A stretch of 64,000 nt of DNA from contig JBGARZ010000004.1 in NCBI GenBank assembly GCA_044229975.1, forward strand, positions 320,001 to 384,000. Reading direction: 5' to 3'. This document shows, piece after piece, positions 38,126 through 47,376 of this stretch. The notes under the pieces were generated by a model. That model saw nothing but the letters and a program-made list of their open reading frames with translations. It was not told the DNA's origin and did no database searches. Position 1 is the stretch's first letter. Each line of letters starts with the position of its first letter. A program made the translations under genes and the position numbers. The DNA comes from Polyangiales bacterium. Lineage in GTDB: Bacteria; Myxococcota_A; Polyangia; Polyangiales; Ga0077539.

Positions 38126-38884
38126 CTACGCCCGCAGCGCCACGAGCAGCGCGCCGACCCCGCCGTGCTCATCGGGCGCCGTGCGCAGCGCGTCGATCTC
38201 GTTGGCCGTCGGCGCCGCCGCGAGCGCCTTCACCACCGCGTCGCACAGCACGGCCACGCCGCCGGGGGAGTTCTTCCCCTTGCCGCAGATCACCGCCACG
38301 CAGCGCAAGCCCCGCGCCCGCCGCGAGCGCACGAACTCCTGCACCCTCGCCGCGGCCTCCATCGACTCCAGCCGGTGCAGATCGCACGTCTCCTGCGGCA
38401 GCGCGAACCTTCCCAGCGCCTCCAATGAGAACTCGTGCCCGCGCCGAAACGCCACCACCGTCCCGTCGTCGCGCCAGCTCACGGCGAGCCCCGCGCCGCC
38501 CTCCGCCGCCGCCCGCTTGAGCTTCGTCTCCAGCGGAACCTTCCGCGGCTTCACCTCGCCCGCCGGGTCGCTCGCGCTCACCCGCGCGGCCTTCGCGTCG
38601 AGCGGCTGCACCCCCATCATCGCCGACGCGAAGAGCTGCCCCTCGTCCGGTCGCCACACGTCCACGTCGCCGCGCTTCATCGTCGGCGTCGGCGCTGTCG
38701 GCGCGGCCTTCGTTGGCTTCGCCTTCTCCTTCGGCAGCCCCAACCAACGTGCCTGCTCGGCCCGCGCCTCGGCCTTCTTCTTCTCCTCGGCGGCCTTGGC
38801 GTCGATCTCCGCCTGGAGCCCGTCCTTCACCTTCTGGAGCGCGGCGAAGGGGTGGTTGGCGTCGGGCCTGTTCTTCCTGCTCAT
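38126..38884 (-). CDS. Smr/MutS2 C-terminal domain protein
   Basis: CDLHRL, VICGKGKNS, HGGVGALLV. Confidence 0.88.
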   Translation of the reverse strand: MSRKNRPDANHPFAALQKVKDGLQAEIDAKAAEEKKKAEARAEQARWLGLPKEKAKPTKAAPTAPTPTMKRGDVDVWRPDEGQLFASAMMGVQPLDAKAARVSASDPAGEVKPRKVPLETKLKRAAAEGGAGLAVSWRDDGTVVAFRRGHEFSLEALGRFALPQETCDLHRLESMEAAARVQEFVRSRRARGLRCVAVICGKGKNSPGGVAVLCDAVVKALAAAPTANEIDALRTAPDEHGGVGALLVALRA

Positions 38885-39129
38885 GACCGCGCGGGGACGC
38901 GAAACCTCGCCCGCAGCGCCGTCTGCGCCGCGAGCAGGCCCGCGAGGAGCCCGTCCTCGTAGTGGAAGTCCGAGTCGTCGAGCTCGCGGAAATCGTGGGC
39001 GTTGCGAACGTCCTCCGCGGTCAGGCCCGGCCGCAGTCGGCGCGCGAGCGAGAGCACCTTCTGCTCCTGGTGATCGACCATCCGTTGCAGCAGGTCTTCC
39101 ATCGCCGCAAAGCTCTCGGTGTCCATCAA
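38881..39129 (-). CDS. Small hypothetical protein
   Basis: 82 aa, ATGA-coupled to the Smr gene; PGLTAEDVRNAHDF..FHYEDG. Confidence 0.7.
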   Translation of the reverse strand: MMDTESFAAMEDLLQRMVDHQEQKVLSLARRLRPGLTAEDVRNAHDFRELDDSDFHYEDGLLAGLLAAQTALRARFRVPARS

Positions 39130-39151
39130 AAACCTCTCTGCTCCCCTTTAG

Positions 39152-39451
39152 CTACCGTGCACCAAGCGCCTGCGTCAGCACCGCCGCGACGTCGTCGGCG
39201 GTCACCTCGATGAGGTGTTCGTTGTGCGGGTGGATCGCCACCGCGCAACCGCTCCGGGGACAATGCCCCAGACAGCCGGTCGCCGTCACCCACACCCTGG
39301 CCGACACCCCGCCACCCACCGTCGCCCGCTTGAGCGCGTCGAACACCGCGGGGCCCGTCGCGCCGCACCCCGAGCGCAACGGATCATCCGCCCGCCGCGC
39401 GTTGGTGCACACCAGCAGATGCACTCGCGGCCGCAGGGGTGAGGGCTTCAC
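39152..39451 (-). CDS. Thioredoxin-like [2Fe-2S] ferredoxin
   Basis: HLLVCTNAR..SGC..TGCLGHC; GTGA coupling to the upstream gene. Confidence 0.82.
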   Translation of the reverse strand: MKPSPLRPRVHLLVCTNARRADDPLRSGCGATGPAVFDALKRATVGGGVSARVWVTATGCLGHCPRSGCAVAIHPHNEHLIEVTADDVAAVLTQALGAR

Positions 39452-40473
39452 CGCCGCACCGTCCGCAACGCTCGCAGGTGGGCTTCCGCGCGCTGTCGCC
39501 ACGGGTCGGTGGTCGGCGCGCGGTCGAGGTATCGCTGCCACGCGGCCGTCGCTTCGGCGCGGTGCTCGCGCGCCCGCTCGGCGTCGGGCGTCACGCCGAA
39601 GGGGTTGCCCGGCGACCACGCGCGGGCGATGGCCTCGTGGGCGATGCCCTCGTAATACTGGCGGTCGTAATCCGGGACGTAGAACACCCCGGGCGCGGAG
39701 AGCGCGTCGATGAGGGCGGCCGGGTCGAAGCCCGCCGCGGTGCGCGGGGTGGAGGCGTGTCGCATGGACTCGTCGGAGGCGGCGCGGACGGCCCGCGTCG
39801 CATCGGGCATCGGGTCGAGGCGTGCGCGGTCGCGGGCGAGGGCGAGGCCCAGCCAACCGAGCGCCCACTCGGGGCGCAGCGCGATGGCGCCCTCGTAGGC
39901 CGCGATGGACGTCTGCACATCGCCCAGCGCCATGAACGAATCCCCCAGGTTGCCCAGCGTGGTGGCGCGCTCGGAGCCGTCGAGGGGGAAGCGGAGCGAG
40001 GCGAGGTAGTGGTCGCGCGCCGCGGCGTGGTCGTTGAGCCAGGTGTGCGCCACCGCGAGGGCGAAATGAACGCTCGGCGCCGATGGCCCGTCGGGGTCGA
40101 GCGCGAGGGAGCGCGCGCCGTCGCGGAGTGCGCCTGCGAGGTCACCGGTTCGCTCGCGCAGGTGGGCGACCGCGGCGAGGACACCCGCGTCGTCGGGTCG
40201 CAACGACAGGGAGCGCTCGTAGTGGGTGAGCGCCTCGCGGTGCAGCTCGTCGCTGGAGGCGCGCTCACGCTCGCGGTCGATGCGTGCGCGGGAGTAGTCG
40301 GAGAGCCCGGCGAGGGAGGCGACCCAGTCGCCCATGCGGCGCTCGTCGTCGGCCTCACGCGCGGCGGGAGAGGCGGTGAAGCGCGCGACCGCGTCGACGG
40401 TCTGCGCGAGCGCAACGCTGGGCGTCGCGAGCGGAGCGCAGAGCGCGAGGAGGAGGGCGCGCGGGGTGCTCAC
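39448..40473 (-). CDS. Secreted TPR-repeat protein
   Basis: Signal peptide (ALA-Q) and TPR motifs; real portion of the 1455-aa shadow ORF. Confidence 0.75.
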   Translation of the reverse strand: MSTPRALLLALCAPLATPSVALAQTVDAVARFTASPAAREADDERRMGDWVASLAGLSDYSRARIDRERERASSDELHREALTHYERSLSLRPDDAGVLAAVAHLRERTGDLAGALRDGARSLALDPDGPSAPSVHFALAVAHTWLNDHAAARDHYLASLRFPLDGSERATTLGNLGDSFMALGDVQTSIAAYEGAIALRPEWALGWLGLALARDRARLDPMPDATRAVRAASDESMRHASTPRTAAGFDPAALIDALSAPGVFYVPDYDRQYYEGIAHEAIARAWSPGNPFGVTPDAERAREHRAEATAAWQRYLDRAPTTDPWRQRAEAHLRALRTVRR

Positions 40474-40557
40474 GACGGCGGCGCACCGTAGCACCGGGCG
40501 CTCGGCCCTGTCGCGTTGTGGACCCTCCACACCGTCACCCGTAGAGTCCCCGGCCGC

Positions 40558-42474
40558 ATGAGCTACCTCGTCCTCGCGCGCAAGTGGCGGCCGCAGACCT
40601 TCGCCGATCTCGTCGGGCAGGAGCACGTCGTCCAGACGCTGCACAACGCCATCACGCAAGACCGCCTGTCGCACGCGTTTCTCTTCACCGGGGCGCGCGG
40701 CGTGGGCAAGACCACCATCGCCCGCATCCTGGCGCGCTCGCTCAACTGCCTCGGTCGGCCGGGCGTCACCGCCGAGCCCTGTCTGGAGTGCGCGGCGTGC
40801 CGAGAGATCGCGGACGGGAGGGACCCCGACGTGCAGGAGATCGACGGCGCGTCCAACAACGGCGTCGACGACGTTCGGCGCCTGCAGGAGACGCTGCCGT
40901 ATCGACCGCTGCGCGACCGCTACAAGGTCGTCATCATCGACGAGTGCCACATGGTCTCCACCAACGGGTGGAACGCCCTGCTCAAGACCCTCGAAGAACC
41001 ACCGCCGCATGTGAAGTTCATCTTCGCGACGACGGAGGTGCACAAGGTCATCCCGACCATCCTGTCGCGGGTGCAGCGCTACGACTTCCGGCTGCTGCCC
41101 ACGAAGCTCATCCGCGATCGCGTGGCGCACATCCTCACGAAGGAAGGCATCAGGTTCGACGACGACGCGGCGATGCTCGTGGCGCGCGAGGCGGCGGGCT
41201 CGCTGCGTGATGCGCTGACGTTCCTCGATCAGGTGCTCGCGGGCGTCGAGGGTGAGCTCACGGGCGCGGCTGCCTCGCGTCTGTTGGGCATCGCCAATCG
41301 CGGACTGCTCGACACGCTGGTGCGCGCGATGCTGACGGGCGACGCGGGCGGGGCGCTGGAGACGGTGGGGATGTTCGCGCGCGAGGGCTTCGACCTGCCC
41401 AACGCCGCGCGGCGGGTGCTCGGCGTGCTGCGCGACCTCGTGGTGGCGCGCGTCGCGAAGGACCCGGAGTCCATGCTCGACCTCGTCGACGACGAACGCA
41501 CCCAGGCGATGGCGCTCGCCGCGCAGCACGACCCGGCCGACCTGCAACGGCTCTTCACCGCGTGGGCGAAGGTGACCGAGGACGTGAGCCGCGCGCGCGA
41601 ACCGCGCTGGGTGTTGGAGATGGCCGCGGTGAGGCTCGCGCACCGGCCGACGTTGGTTCCGGTGGAGGAGCTGCTCGCGCGGTTGGGGGAGATGGAGCGC
41701 AGGCTCTCGTCGTCGGCCCCGCCGCCGCCGCGTCCGCCGACGACGCCATCGGGTGGGGGTGGCGGTGGTGGTGGCGCTCCGTCGGGTGGCGGTGGTGCGC
41801 CGACGGTGCAGCGCCCGACCACAGGGTCGCCTGCGCCGGGCGGTGGTTCGTCGAAGTTCTCTCTGCCGTCGCGCTCGTCGGCTTCGGCCGCGGTGGCGAC
41901 GGAGCTCGCCCCGACGCCAGCGCCCGTGGTGAAGCCCGCGGTGCAGCCGCCGAGGCCGGTGCTCATCCAGTCGCCAAGGGTTCCGAGCGCGCCACGGCCG
42001 TCCGACCCGCCGGAGCCGATGCCGTCGGTGCCGCCGCCAGCACCGGTTGCGACGGTGGACGTGTCGGGCGCATCGAGCGCGATGGAGGCGTGGCGGCGCG
42101 TGGTCGACGCCGTCGACAAGGCGCTGGTCCCGGTGCTGAAGAGCGCGGTGCCGCTGGAGGTGTCGGGCGAGCGCGTGCGGCTGGCCATCGACCTGCGGGA
42201 CAGCTTCTTCCGCAAGAAGCTCGCGACCGAAGAGGCGCAACAGGTGATCGCCGAGGCGGCGTCGCGGGTGTTCGGCACGCGGCCCACGATGGAGCTGGTG
42301 CAGGGGACGCTCCCCGACGACGCGCCCTCCATCGCGCGCCTGGAGGAGATGGCGCGGCAGGCGGAGCGCTACGGTCGCGAGTCGGCGCTGCGGGCTCACC
42401 CGCTGGTGCAGGCGGTGTGCGAGGTGCTCGGCGGCGAGGTCGCGAAGGTGAAGCTGGAGGGCGACCCGGACTGA
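40558..42474 (+). CDS. dnaX: DNA polymerase III subunit gamma/tau
   Basis: MSYLVLARKWRPQTF, GARGVGKTT, EIDGASN, IIDECHM, LKTLEEPP. Confidence 0.97.
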   Translation: MSYLVLARKWRPQTFADLVGQEHVVQTLHNAITQDRLSHAFLFTGARGVGKTTIARILARSLNCLGRPGVTAEPCLECAACREIADGRDPDVQEIDGASNNGVDDVRRLQETLPYRPLRDRYKVVIIDECHMVSTNGWNALLKTLEEPPPHVKFIFATTEVHKVIPTILSRVQRYDFRLLPTKLIRDRVAHILTKEGIRFDDDAAMLVAREAAGSLRDALTFLDQVLAGVEGELTGAAASRLLGIANRGLLDTLVRAMLTGDAGGALETVGMFAREGFDLPNAARRVLGVLRDLVVARVAKDPESMLDLVDDERTQAMALAAQHDPADLQRLFTAWAKVTEDVSRAREPRWVLEMAAVRLAHRPTLVPVEELLARLGEMERRLSSSAPPPPRPPTTPSGGGGGGGGAPSGGGGAPTVQRPTTGSPAPGGGSSKFSLPSRSSASAAVATELAPTPAPVVKPAVQPPRPVLIQSPRVPSAPRPSDPPEPMPSVPPPAPVATVDVSGASSAMEAWRRVVDAVDKALVPVLKSAVPLEVSGERVRLAIDLRDSFFRKKLATEEAQQVIAEAASRVFGTRPTMELVQGTLPDDAPSIARLEEMARQAERYGRESALRAHPLVQAVCEVLGGEVAKVKLEGDPD

Positions 42475-42501
42475 CCGTGACGAGAGTTCGGAACAGGCGC
42501 C

Positions 42502-42678
42502 GGCAGCGTGGAAGGTGAGAGAGCCGCAAGGGCGCGAGGGTCGCAAGGAACGGATGAGTAGGGATTGGGCACGGCATTCGGAGCAGGCGACCCACAACCG
42601 AATCTGGTCCTCCCATCCATACCCATCCGCTCCTTGCGACCCTCGCGCCCTTGCGGCTCTCTCACCTTCCACGCCGCC
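42502..42678. repeat. Intergenic palindrome (about 60-bp arms) with CGCAAGG submotifs
   Basis: gcgtggaaggtgagagagccgcaagggcgcgagggtcgcaagga and its exact reverse complement, then imperfect extension. Confidence 0.88.
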
Positions 42679-42751
42679 AACGCCCAATCCAACCTCCGAC
42701 GCGGTGACGAGACGCTTGCCTCCGGGCGCGTGATCGCGCCAAGGTGGACCC

Positions 42752-43084
42752 ATGGCGACCTCGACGAAGCGCAAGCAGACGACGAAGGCCACTGCGACCA
42801 CCCGGAGCGCGAAGGCGACCACCACCAAGGTCGTGGCCGCGCCCAAGAAGAAGAAGAAGCCCGCCGTCGTCGTCCGCCGCCCCGTGATGAGCGAGCCGGA
42901 GCGCTGCGCCACCGTCGCGCGCACCCTGCAACGCGCGCTGCGTCGGCACCCCAGGCTCAAGGGCGTGCGGGTCGTGGCGAAGGGCGTGCGGCTGTCGTTC
43001 TTCGAGGTGCCGCAGGAGAGCGTGGAGGTGTTCGCGACGATCCTCGAGAGGATGTGGTCGAAGGTTCGCCGGTACGTCGAGTGA
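42752..43084 (+). CDS. Small basic protein with Lys/Thr/Ala-rich (histone H1-like) N-terminus
   Basis: MATSTKRKQTTKATATT..PKKKKK; AAGGTGG RBS; GTGA overlap with the ATPase gene. Confidence 0.7.
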   Translation: MATSTKRKQTTKATATTRSAKATTTKVVAAPKKKKKPAVVVRRPVMSEPERCATVARTLQRALRRHPRLKGVRVVAKGVRLSFFEVPQESVEVFATILERMWSKVRRYVE

Positions 43085-44400
43085 CCGACGAGCTCGACGC
43101 GCTGAGGCAACGGCTTCGCGCGCAGGTGGCGCCCGTCGGCGCCGCGGCCTCGGGGCGACTGCTGGGGGTGCGGGGGCTGGCGCTGGAGGCCGACGTTCCG
43201 GGTGCGCGCGTGGGCGAGGTGGTGGAGGTCGCGCGCTCCGACGGTGACGTGCTGCGCGCCGAGGTGGTGGGCTTCGACGCGGCGCGATCGGTGCTGCTGC
43301 CGCTCGGGCACGCGCGCGGTCTCGGCGCCGACGACCGGGTGCGGCGCACGGGATCGGCGCTCACCGTGGCGTGCGGCGAAGGGTTGCGCGGGCGGGTGCT
43401 CGACGGACTCGGTGTCCCCAGTGACGGCGCCGGACCCGTGGTGGGAGAGACGGTGCTGCGCGAGGTGGACGCGTCGCCTCCCGAAGCGCTCGCGCGGCGG
43501 CGGGTGCGCGAGGTGCTGCCGCTGGGCGTGCGGGTCATCGACGGACTGCTGACGGTAGGCGCGGGGCAGCGCGTGGGGCTCTTCGCAGGATCGGGCGTGG
43601 GCAAGAGCGCGCTGCTGGGGCAGGTGGTGCGGCGCGCGTCGGCGGACGTGGTGGTGGTGGCGCTGGTGGGCGAGCGCGGCCGCGAGGTGAGGGAGTTCTG
43701 GGAGGACCACGTCGGCGACGCGCAGGGCCGCTCGGTGCTGGTGGTGGCGACGAGCGACGCGCCCGCGCTGGTGCGGCTGCGGGCGGCGTTTACGGCGACG
43801 GCGGTGGCGGAGCACTTCCGCGACGCAGGCGCGCGGGTGCTGCTGGTGATGGACTCGCTCACGCGGGTCGCGCGGGCGCAGCGCGAGGTGGGCCTCGCCG
43901 CGGGCGAGCCGGGCGTGCGTCGGGGATTACCGCCCAGCGTATTCGCGCTGCTGCCGCGGCTGCTGGAGCGGGCGGGTCCGGGCGCGGGCGCGGGGACCAT
44001 CACGGCGCTGTACACGGTGCTGGTGGAGGGCGGCGACATGGACGAGCCCATCGCCGACGAGGCGCGCGGCCTGCTCGACGGGCACGTGGTGCTCGACCGG
44101 GCGATCGCGGCGCGGGGGCGCTACCCCGCGGTGGACGTCCTGGCGTCGGTGTCGCGGCTGATGGACGCGCTGGTGGACGATGGGCACCGCGCGGCGGCGC
44201 AGCGGGTGCGGTCGCTGCTGGCGGCGTACGAGGCGCGGCGCGACCTCATCGCGCTCGGGGCCTACCGCGCGGGAACGGAGCCGACGACGGACGTGGCCGT
44301 GGCGAAGATGGCGGCCATCGAGGCGTACCTGACGCAGGGGCGCGGTGAGGTGGCGGGTTGGCCCGAGACGGTCGCGGGGCTCGCGGCGCTGGCGCGATGA
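43081..44400 (+). CDS. sctN: FliI/YscN-family type III export ATPase
   Basis: GQRVGLFAGSGVGKS, LVGERGREV, MDSLTR, LLERAG, VEGGDMDEPIADE, YPAVDVLASVSR. Confidence 0.93.
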   Translation: MTDELDALRQRLRAQVAPVGAAASGRLLGVRGLALEADVPGARVGEVVEVARSDGDVLRAEVVGFDAARSVLLPLGHARGLGADDRVRRTGSALTVACGEGLRGRVLDGLGVPSDGAGPVVGETVLREVDASPPEALARRRVREVLPLGVRVIDGLLTVGAGQRVGLFAGSGVGKSALLGQVVRRASADVVVVALVGERGREVREFWEDHVGDAQGRSVLVVATSDAPALVRLRAAFTATAVAEHFRDAGARVLLVMDSLTRVARAQREVGLAAGEPGVRRGLPPSVFALLPRLLERAGPGAGAGTITALYTVLVEGGDMDEPIADEARGLLDGHVVLDRAIAARGRYPAVDVLASVSRLMDALVDDGHRAAAQRVRSLLAAYEARRDLIALGAYRAGTEPTTDVAVAKMAAIEAYLTQGRGEVAGWPETVAGLAALAR

Positions 44401-44443
44401 GGGGCCATGCGGCCCACCGGACGTGAGAAGCTCCGCCCGCCCC

Positions 44444-45154
44444 ATGAACCGCGCCCTACTCCCCTCGCTCTGTCTCGCCATCGCCTCCCTGTCGTGCTCG
44501 AACGATCCGCCCGTGCGCCCCGGCATCTTCTCGACGGATGCCACCGTCGCGCTGACTGATCTCGGCGCGTTCGACGTCCCGGCCGCGGACGTCCCGCGGA
44601 GCGACCAACCGACGACCACGACGGACTCTCCTTCGACGACGGACACCGGGTCGTCGATCGACGCCACGAACACCACGGACACGGGCGCTGTCACCACCAC
44701 GGACACCGGCTCGACGACGACCGACGCGGGCACCGTCACCACCACGGACTCGGGCTCGACGACGACCGACGCGGGCACCGTCACCACGGACATCGGCTCC
44801 CCCGCGACCGACGCGGGCACCGACGCCGGATCGACCACCGACACCGGCGCCTGCGCGGCCGCGCTCACCGCGTGCAGCGTCGACGGCGGCACTCCCATCT
44901 GCACCAACACCCGCGTCGACACGCTCAACTGCGGCGCGTGCGGCGTGCGCTGCTGCCTCGCGACCGACACCTGCGCCGCGGGCGTGTGTACGGCGCGCTG
45001 CCCCACGCTCCAGACCTCGTGCCCCGCGGCCCCGACGGACGCAGGCTGCGTCTCGACCCGCTGCGTCGACACCAACGTCGACGACCTCAACTGCGGCGCG
45101 TGCGGTCGCGCCTGCCCCGATGGCAAAGGCTGCGTGAGCGGTCGCTGCCTCTGA
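44444..45154 (+). CDS. Lipoprotein with TTDxG repeats and Cys-rich (STIG1-like) C-terminus
   Basis: Lipobox SLSC; TTTDAGTV/TTTDTGS repeats; two NCGACG motifs. Confidence 0.8.
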   Translation: MNRALLPSLCLAIASLSCSNDPPVRPGIFSTDATVALTDLGAFDVPAADVPRSDQPTTTTDSPSTTDTGSSIDATNTTDTGAVTTTDTGSTTTDAGTVTTTDSGSTTTDAGTVTTDIGSPATDAGTDAGSTTDTGACAAALTACSVDGGTPICTNTRVDTLNCGACGVRCCLATDTCAAGVCTARCPTLQTSCPAAPTDAGCVSTRCVDTNVDDLNCGACGRACPDGKGCVSGRCL

Positions 45155-45159
45155 CGCCG

Positions 45160-45630
45160 ATGGCCTCTGACCTCGTCCACGTCGACCGCCTCCGTGCGCG
45201 CGGCGCCGCTCCGACCAGGGACTGCGGCCCGTGCACGGCCTGCTGCACCGTCATGGCCGTCACCGAGCTCAACAAGCCCATGCGCCGGGCGTGTGATCAC
45301 GTCGGCCGCGACGGCTGCCGCATCCACCCCGAGCGCCCGTCGAGCTGCCGGGAGTTTCATTGCCTCTGGCTGCGCGGCGCGGTCGGCGACGGCGACGAGA
45401 CCCGGCCCGATGCGCTCGGGGTGATGTTCGATCACTTCACCACCCGCGGAACCGACGACGTCCACACCCTCGCCTTCGAGCTCTGGCCCGGCGCCCTGGA
45501 GTCCTCCGTCGTCCTCACCCTCCTCGACGCCCTCGCGGCCGATCGCGTCGTCCAGGTCGCCCGCCGCGATGGCACCATCACCCCCCTCGGCCCGCTCTCT
45601 CCTCTCGGGGAACATCCCGCCGCCCGTTGA
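45160..45630 (+). CDS. YkgJ-like Cys-cluster (Zn/Fe) protein
   Basis: CGPCTACC, CRIHPERPSSCREFHCLWL, RPD. Confidence 0.8.
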   Translation: MASDLVHVDRLRARGAAPTRDCGPCTACCTVMAVTELNKPMRRACDHVGRDGCRIHPERPSSCREFHCLWLRGAVGDGDETRPDALGVMFDHFTTRGTDDVHTLAFELWPGALESSVVLTLLDALAADRVVQVARRDGTITPLGPLSPLGEHPAAR

Positions 45631-45667
45631 CGTTCCCCCTTTCGCCGTGGTGTCTCCGCCCCCTGCC

Positions 45668-46837
45668 ATGCGTCGCGTCGCCCTCTCCCTCGCCGCCCTC
45701 CTCGCTGCCCCCGCGGCGTGGGCGCAGCTCGTGCCGTTCAACTTCGTGTCCCGCAACGGCAGCCCCCGCGGCGTCACGACGCTCGCCGCCCGCATCAACC
45801 GCGTCGACTGCGCCGCTGGCGAGACCATCACCGTCTCGGTCACGCTCCCGTCGCCCGCGGTGGGCGTCCCCGAGCTCTGGGTGAGCGAGACCGTCCAGTG
45901 CGACCCCACGATGCGCGAGCCCCTGCTGGGCGCGACGTGCTTCCCCATCTGCGGCGCCGCCGTCCGCCGCTCGTGCACCATCCCCTACGCAGACGGTGAG
46001 CGCGAGTACACGTTCACCGTCCCCGTCCGCTGGATCATCGACCCGCGCACCGGCATGTGCTCCGCCGTCGCGGGCCGCCGCTACCTCCAGCTCCTCTCCA
46101 ACAGCGAGGTCGTCGCCCGCAGCTCGCCCTCGATGCGCGTCGACCTCGTCGCCCCGCAGGCGCCGCTCTCCGTCGTCGCCACCCTCGGCGGCGTCGAGGA
46201 GTCCGCCGTCGTCACGTGGACCTACGCCACGCCCGACGCCGGCACCGTCGTGGTGGACTCCGGCTCCACCGACGTCATCGACGCGAGCACCGACGTCGCC
46301 GAAGCAGGAACCGACGCGGGTGTGGACGTGGTCGACGTGGTGGACGTTCCGGTCGACAGCGGCGGCCCGAGCGCCGACCCGGAGGTCGAGACGGTGTCGC
46401 AGTTCTATGTGCTGTGCGATCCGGCACCGGGCACCAACCCGATGACCCCGATCGACGGCGGCGTGTGTCCGAGCAACCCCTTCGCCTCCCTCGACGTGAC
46501 CGACGACGCCCAGCTCCAGCGCCTGCGCTGCACCCGAGCCGACCTCACCAGCGCCGCGCGCAACGTCACCCTCGACGGGCTGCCACCGGGGGTTCCGCAT
46601 CGCTTCGGGGTGGTGGCCGAAGACCTCGCGGGCAACCGCAGCGCCGTCACGCTCTCGGGGGACTGCGCCACGCCCCGCGCGGTCAACGACTTCTGGGAGG
46701 AGTACCGCCGACAGGGCGGTCAGGCCGCGCCGGGCGCGTGCGCCGTGGGCCTCGTGGGGACGCGCTCGACGGGCGCCGGTGGGCTCGCCCTCGGGCTGCT
46801 GGGCCTCGGCTGGGCGCTGCGTCGGCGACGGCGGTAG
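45668..46837 (+). CDS. Cell-surface protein with FN3-like domain and MYXO-CTERM sorting signal
   Basis: Signal peptide AWA-Q; VAEDLAGNRS; C-terminal ACAVG..hydrophobic..RRRRR. Confidence 0.8.
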   Translation: MRRVALSLAALLAAPAAWAQLVPFNFVSRNGSPRGVTTLAARINRVDCAAGETITVSVTLPSPAVGVPELWVSETVQCDPTMREPLLGATCFPICGAAVRRSCTIPYADGEREYTFTVPVRWIIDPRTGMCSAVAGRRYLQLLSNSEVVARSSPSMRVDLVAPQAPLSVVATLGGVEESAVVTWTYATPDAGTVVVDSGSTDVIDASTDVAEAGTDAGVDVVDVVDVPVDSGGPSADPEVETVSQFYVLCDPAPGTNPMTPIDGGVCPSNPFASLDVTDDAQLQRLRCTRADLTSAARNVTLDGLPPGVPHRFGVVAEDLAGNRSAVTLSGDCATPRAVNDFWEEYRRQGGQAAPGACAVGLVGTRSTGAGGLALGLLGLGWALRRRRR

Positions 46838-46880
46838 CACCTACGGGTTGCGCCGCTTGCAGTGCAGGGAGCGCGACGAA

Positions 46881-47357
46881 TCAGCGACGGGCGGGCGCGG
46901 GACGACGCCCGGCGCCGACCGTGGGTGCACGCTCGCCGGGGCGGGCCTCGCCGCACGCGCGCACGAGCACCTCGACGCTCGCCGGAGGCAGCGTGCGACG
47001 GAGCTGGCCGAGCGCATTGCGGACGTACAGGCATGACTCGTACGTCTGGTCGAAGCCGGCATCCCAGACGTCCGTGGCGCGCACCGCGACCATGTCGTCG
47101 GTGCCGATGCTCACACGGACGCCGGGCCCCTCGAAGGTCTGTGCGGGGGCCTGGCCGTTGTCGAGCGTGATGACGTCGGCGAGCACGTAGCCGGGTAGCC
47201 CGGAGTCCACCGCCGTCGGGGCAGCCGGAGGGGGCAGGGTGGCGGGTCGGTTGCGTAGCGCCGGGGGGACCACCCCCCCAGCGTCGCGTCGGGCATCGGC
47301 TCGGTGACAGCTCGCAACCAGCGGGAGGACGACCAGGAGGAGCAGCGCGCGGGTCAT
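46881..47357 (-). CDS. Hypothetical lipoprotein
   Basis: Lipobox VASC. Confidence 0.6.
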   Translation of the reverse strand: MTRALLLLVVLPLVASCHRADARRDAGGVVPPALRNRPATLPPPAAPTAVDSGLPGYVLADVITLDNGQAPAQTFEGPGVRVSIGTDDMVAVRATDVWDAGFDQTYESCLYVRNALGQLRRTLPPASVEVLVRACGEARPGERAPTVGAGRRPAPARR

Positions 47358-47376
47358 GGCGGTGTGATGGGCCCTT

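Noticed and set aside
41700..42060. Programmed frameshift producing DnaX gamma
   Set aside because: No A-AAA-AAG or poly-A slippery site seen; the region is a Pro/Gly-rich linker.
39448..43815. 1455-aa minus-strand ORF
   Set aside because: Mostly an antisense shadow of dnaX and sctN in high-GC DNA; only the last 341 codons (TPR protein) look real.
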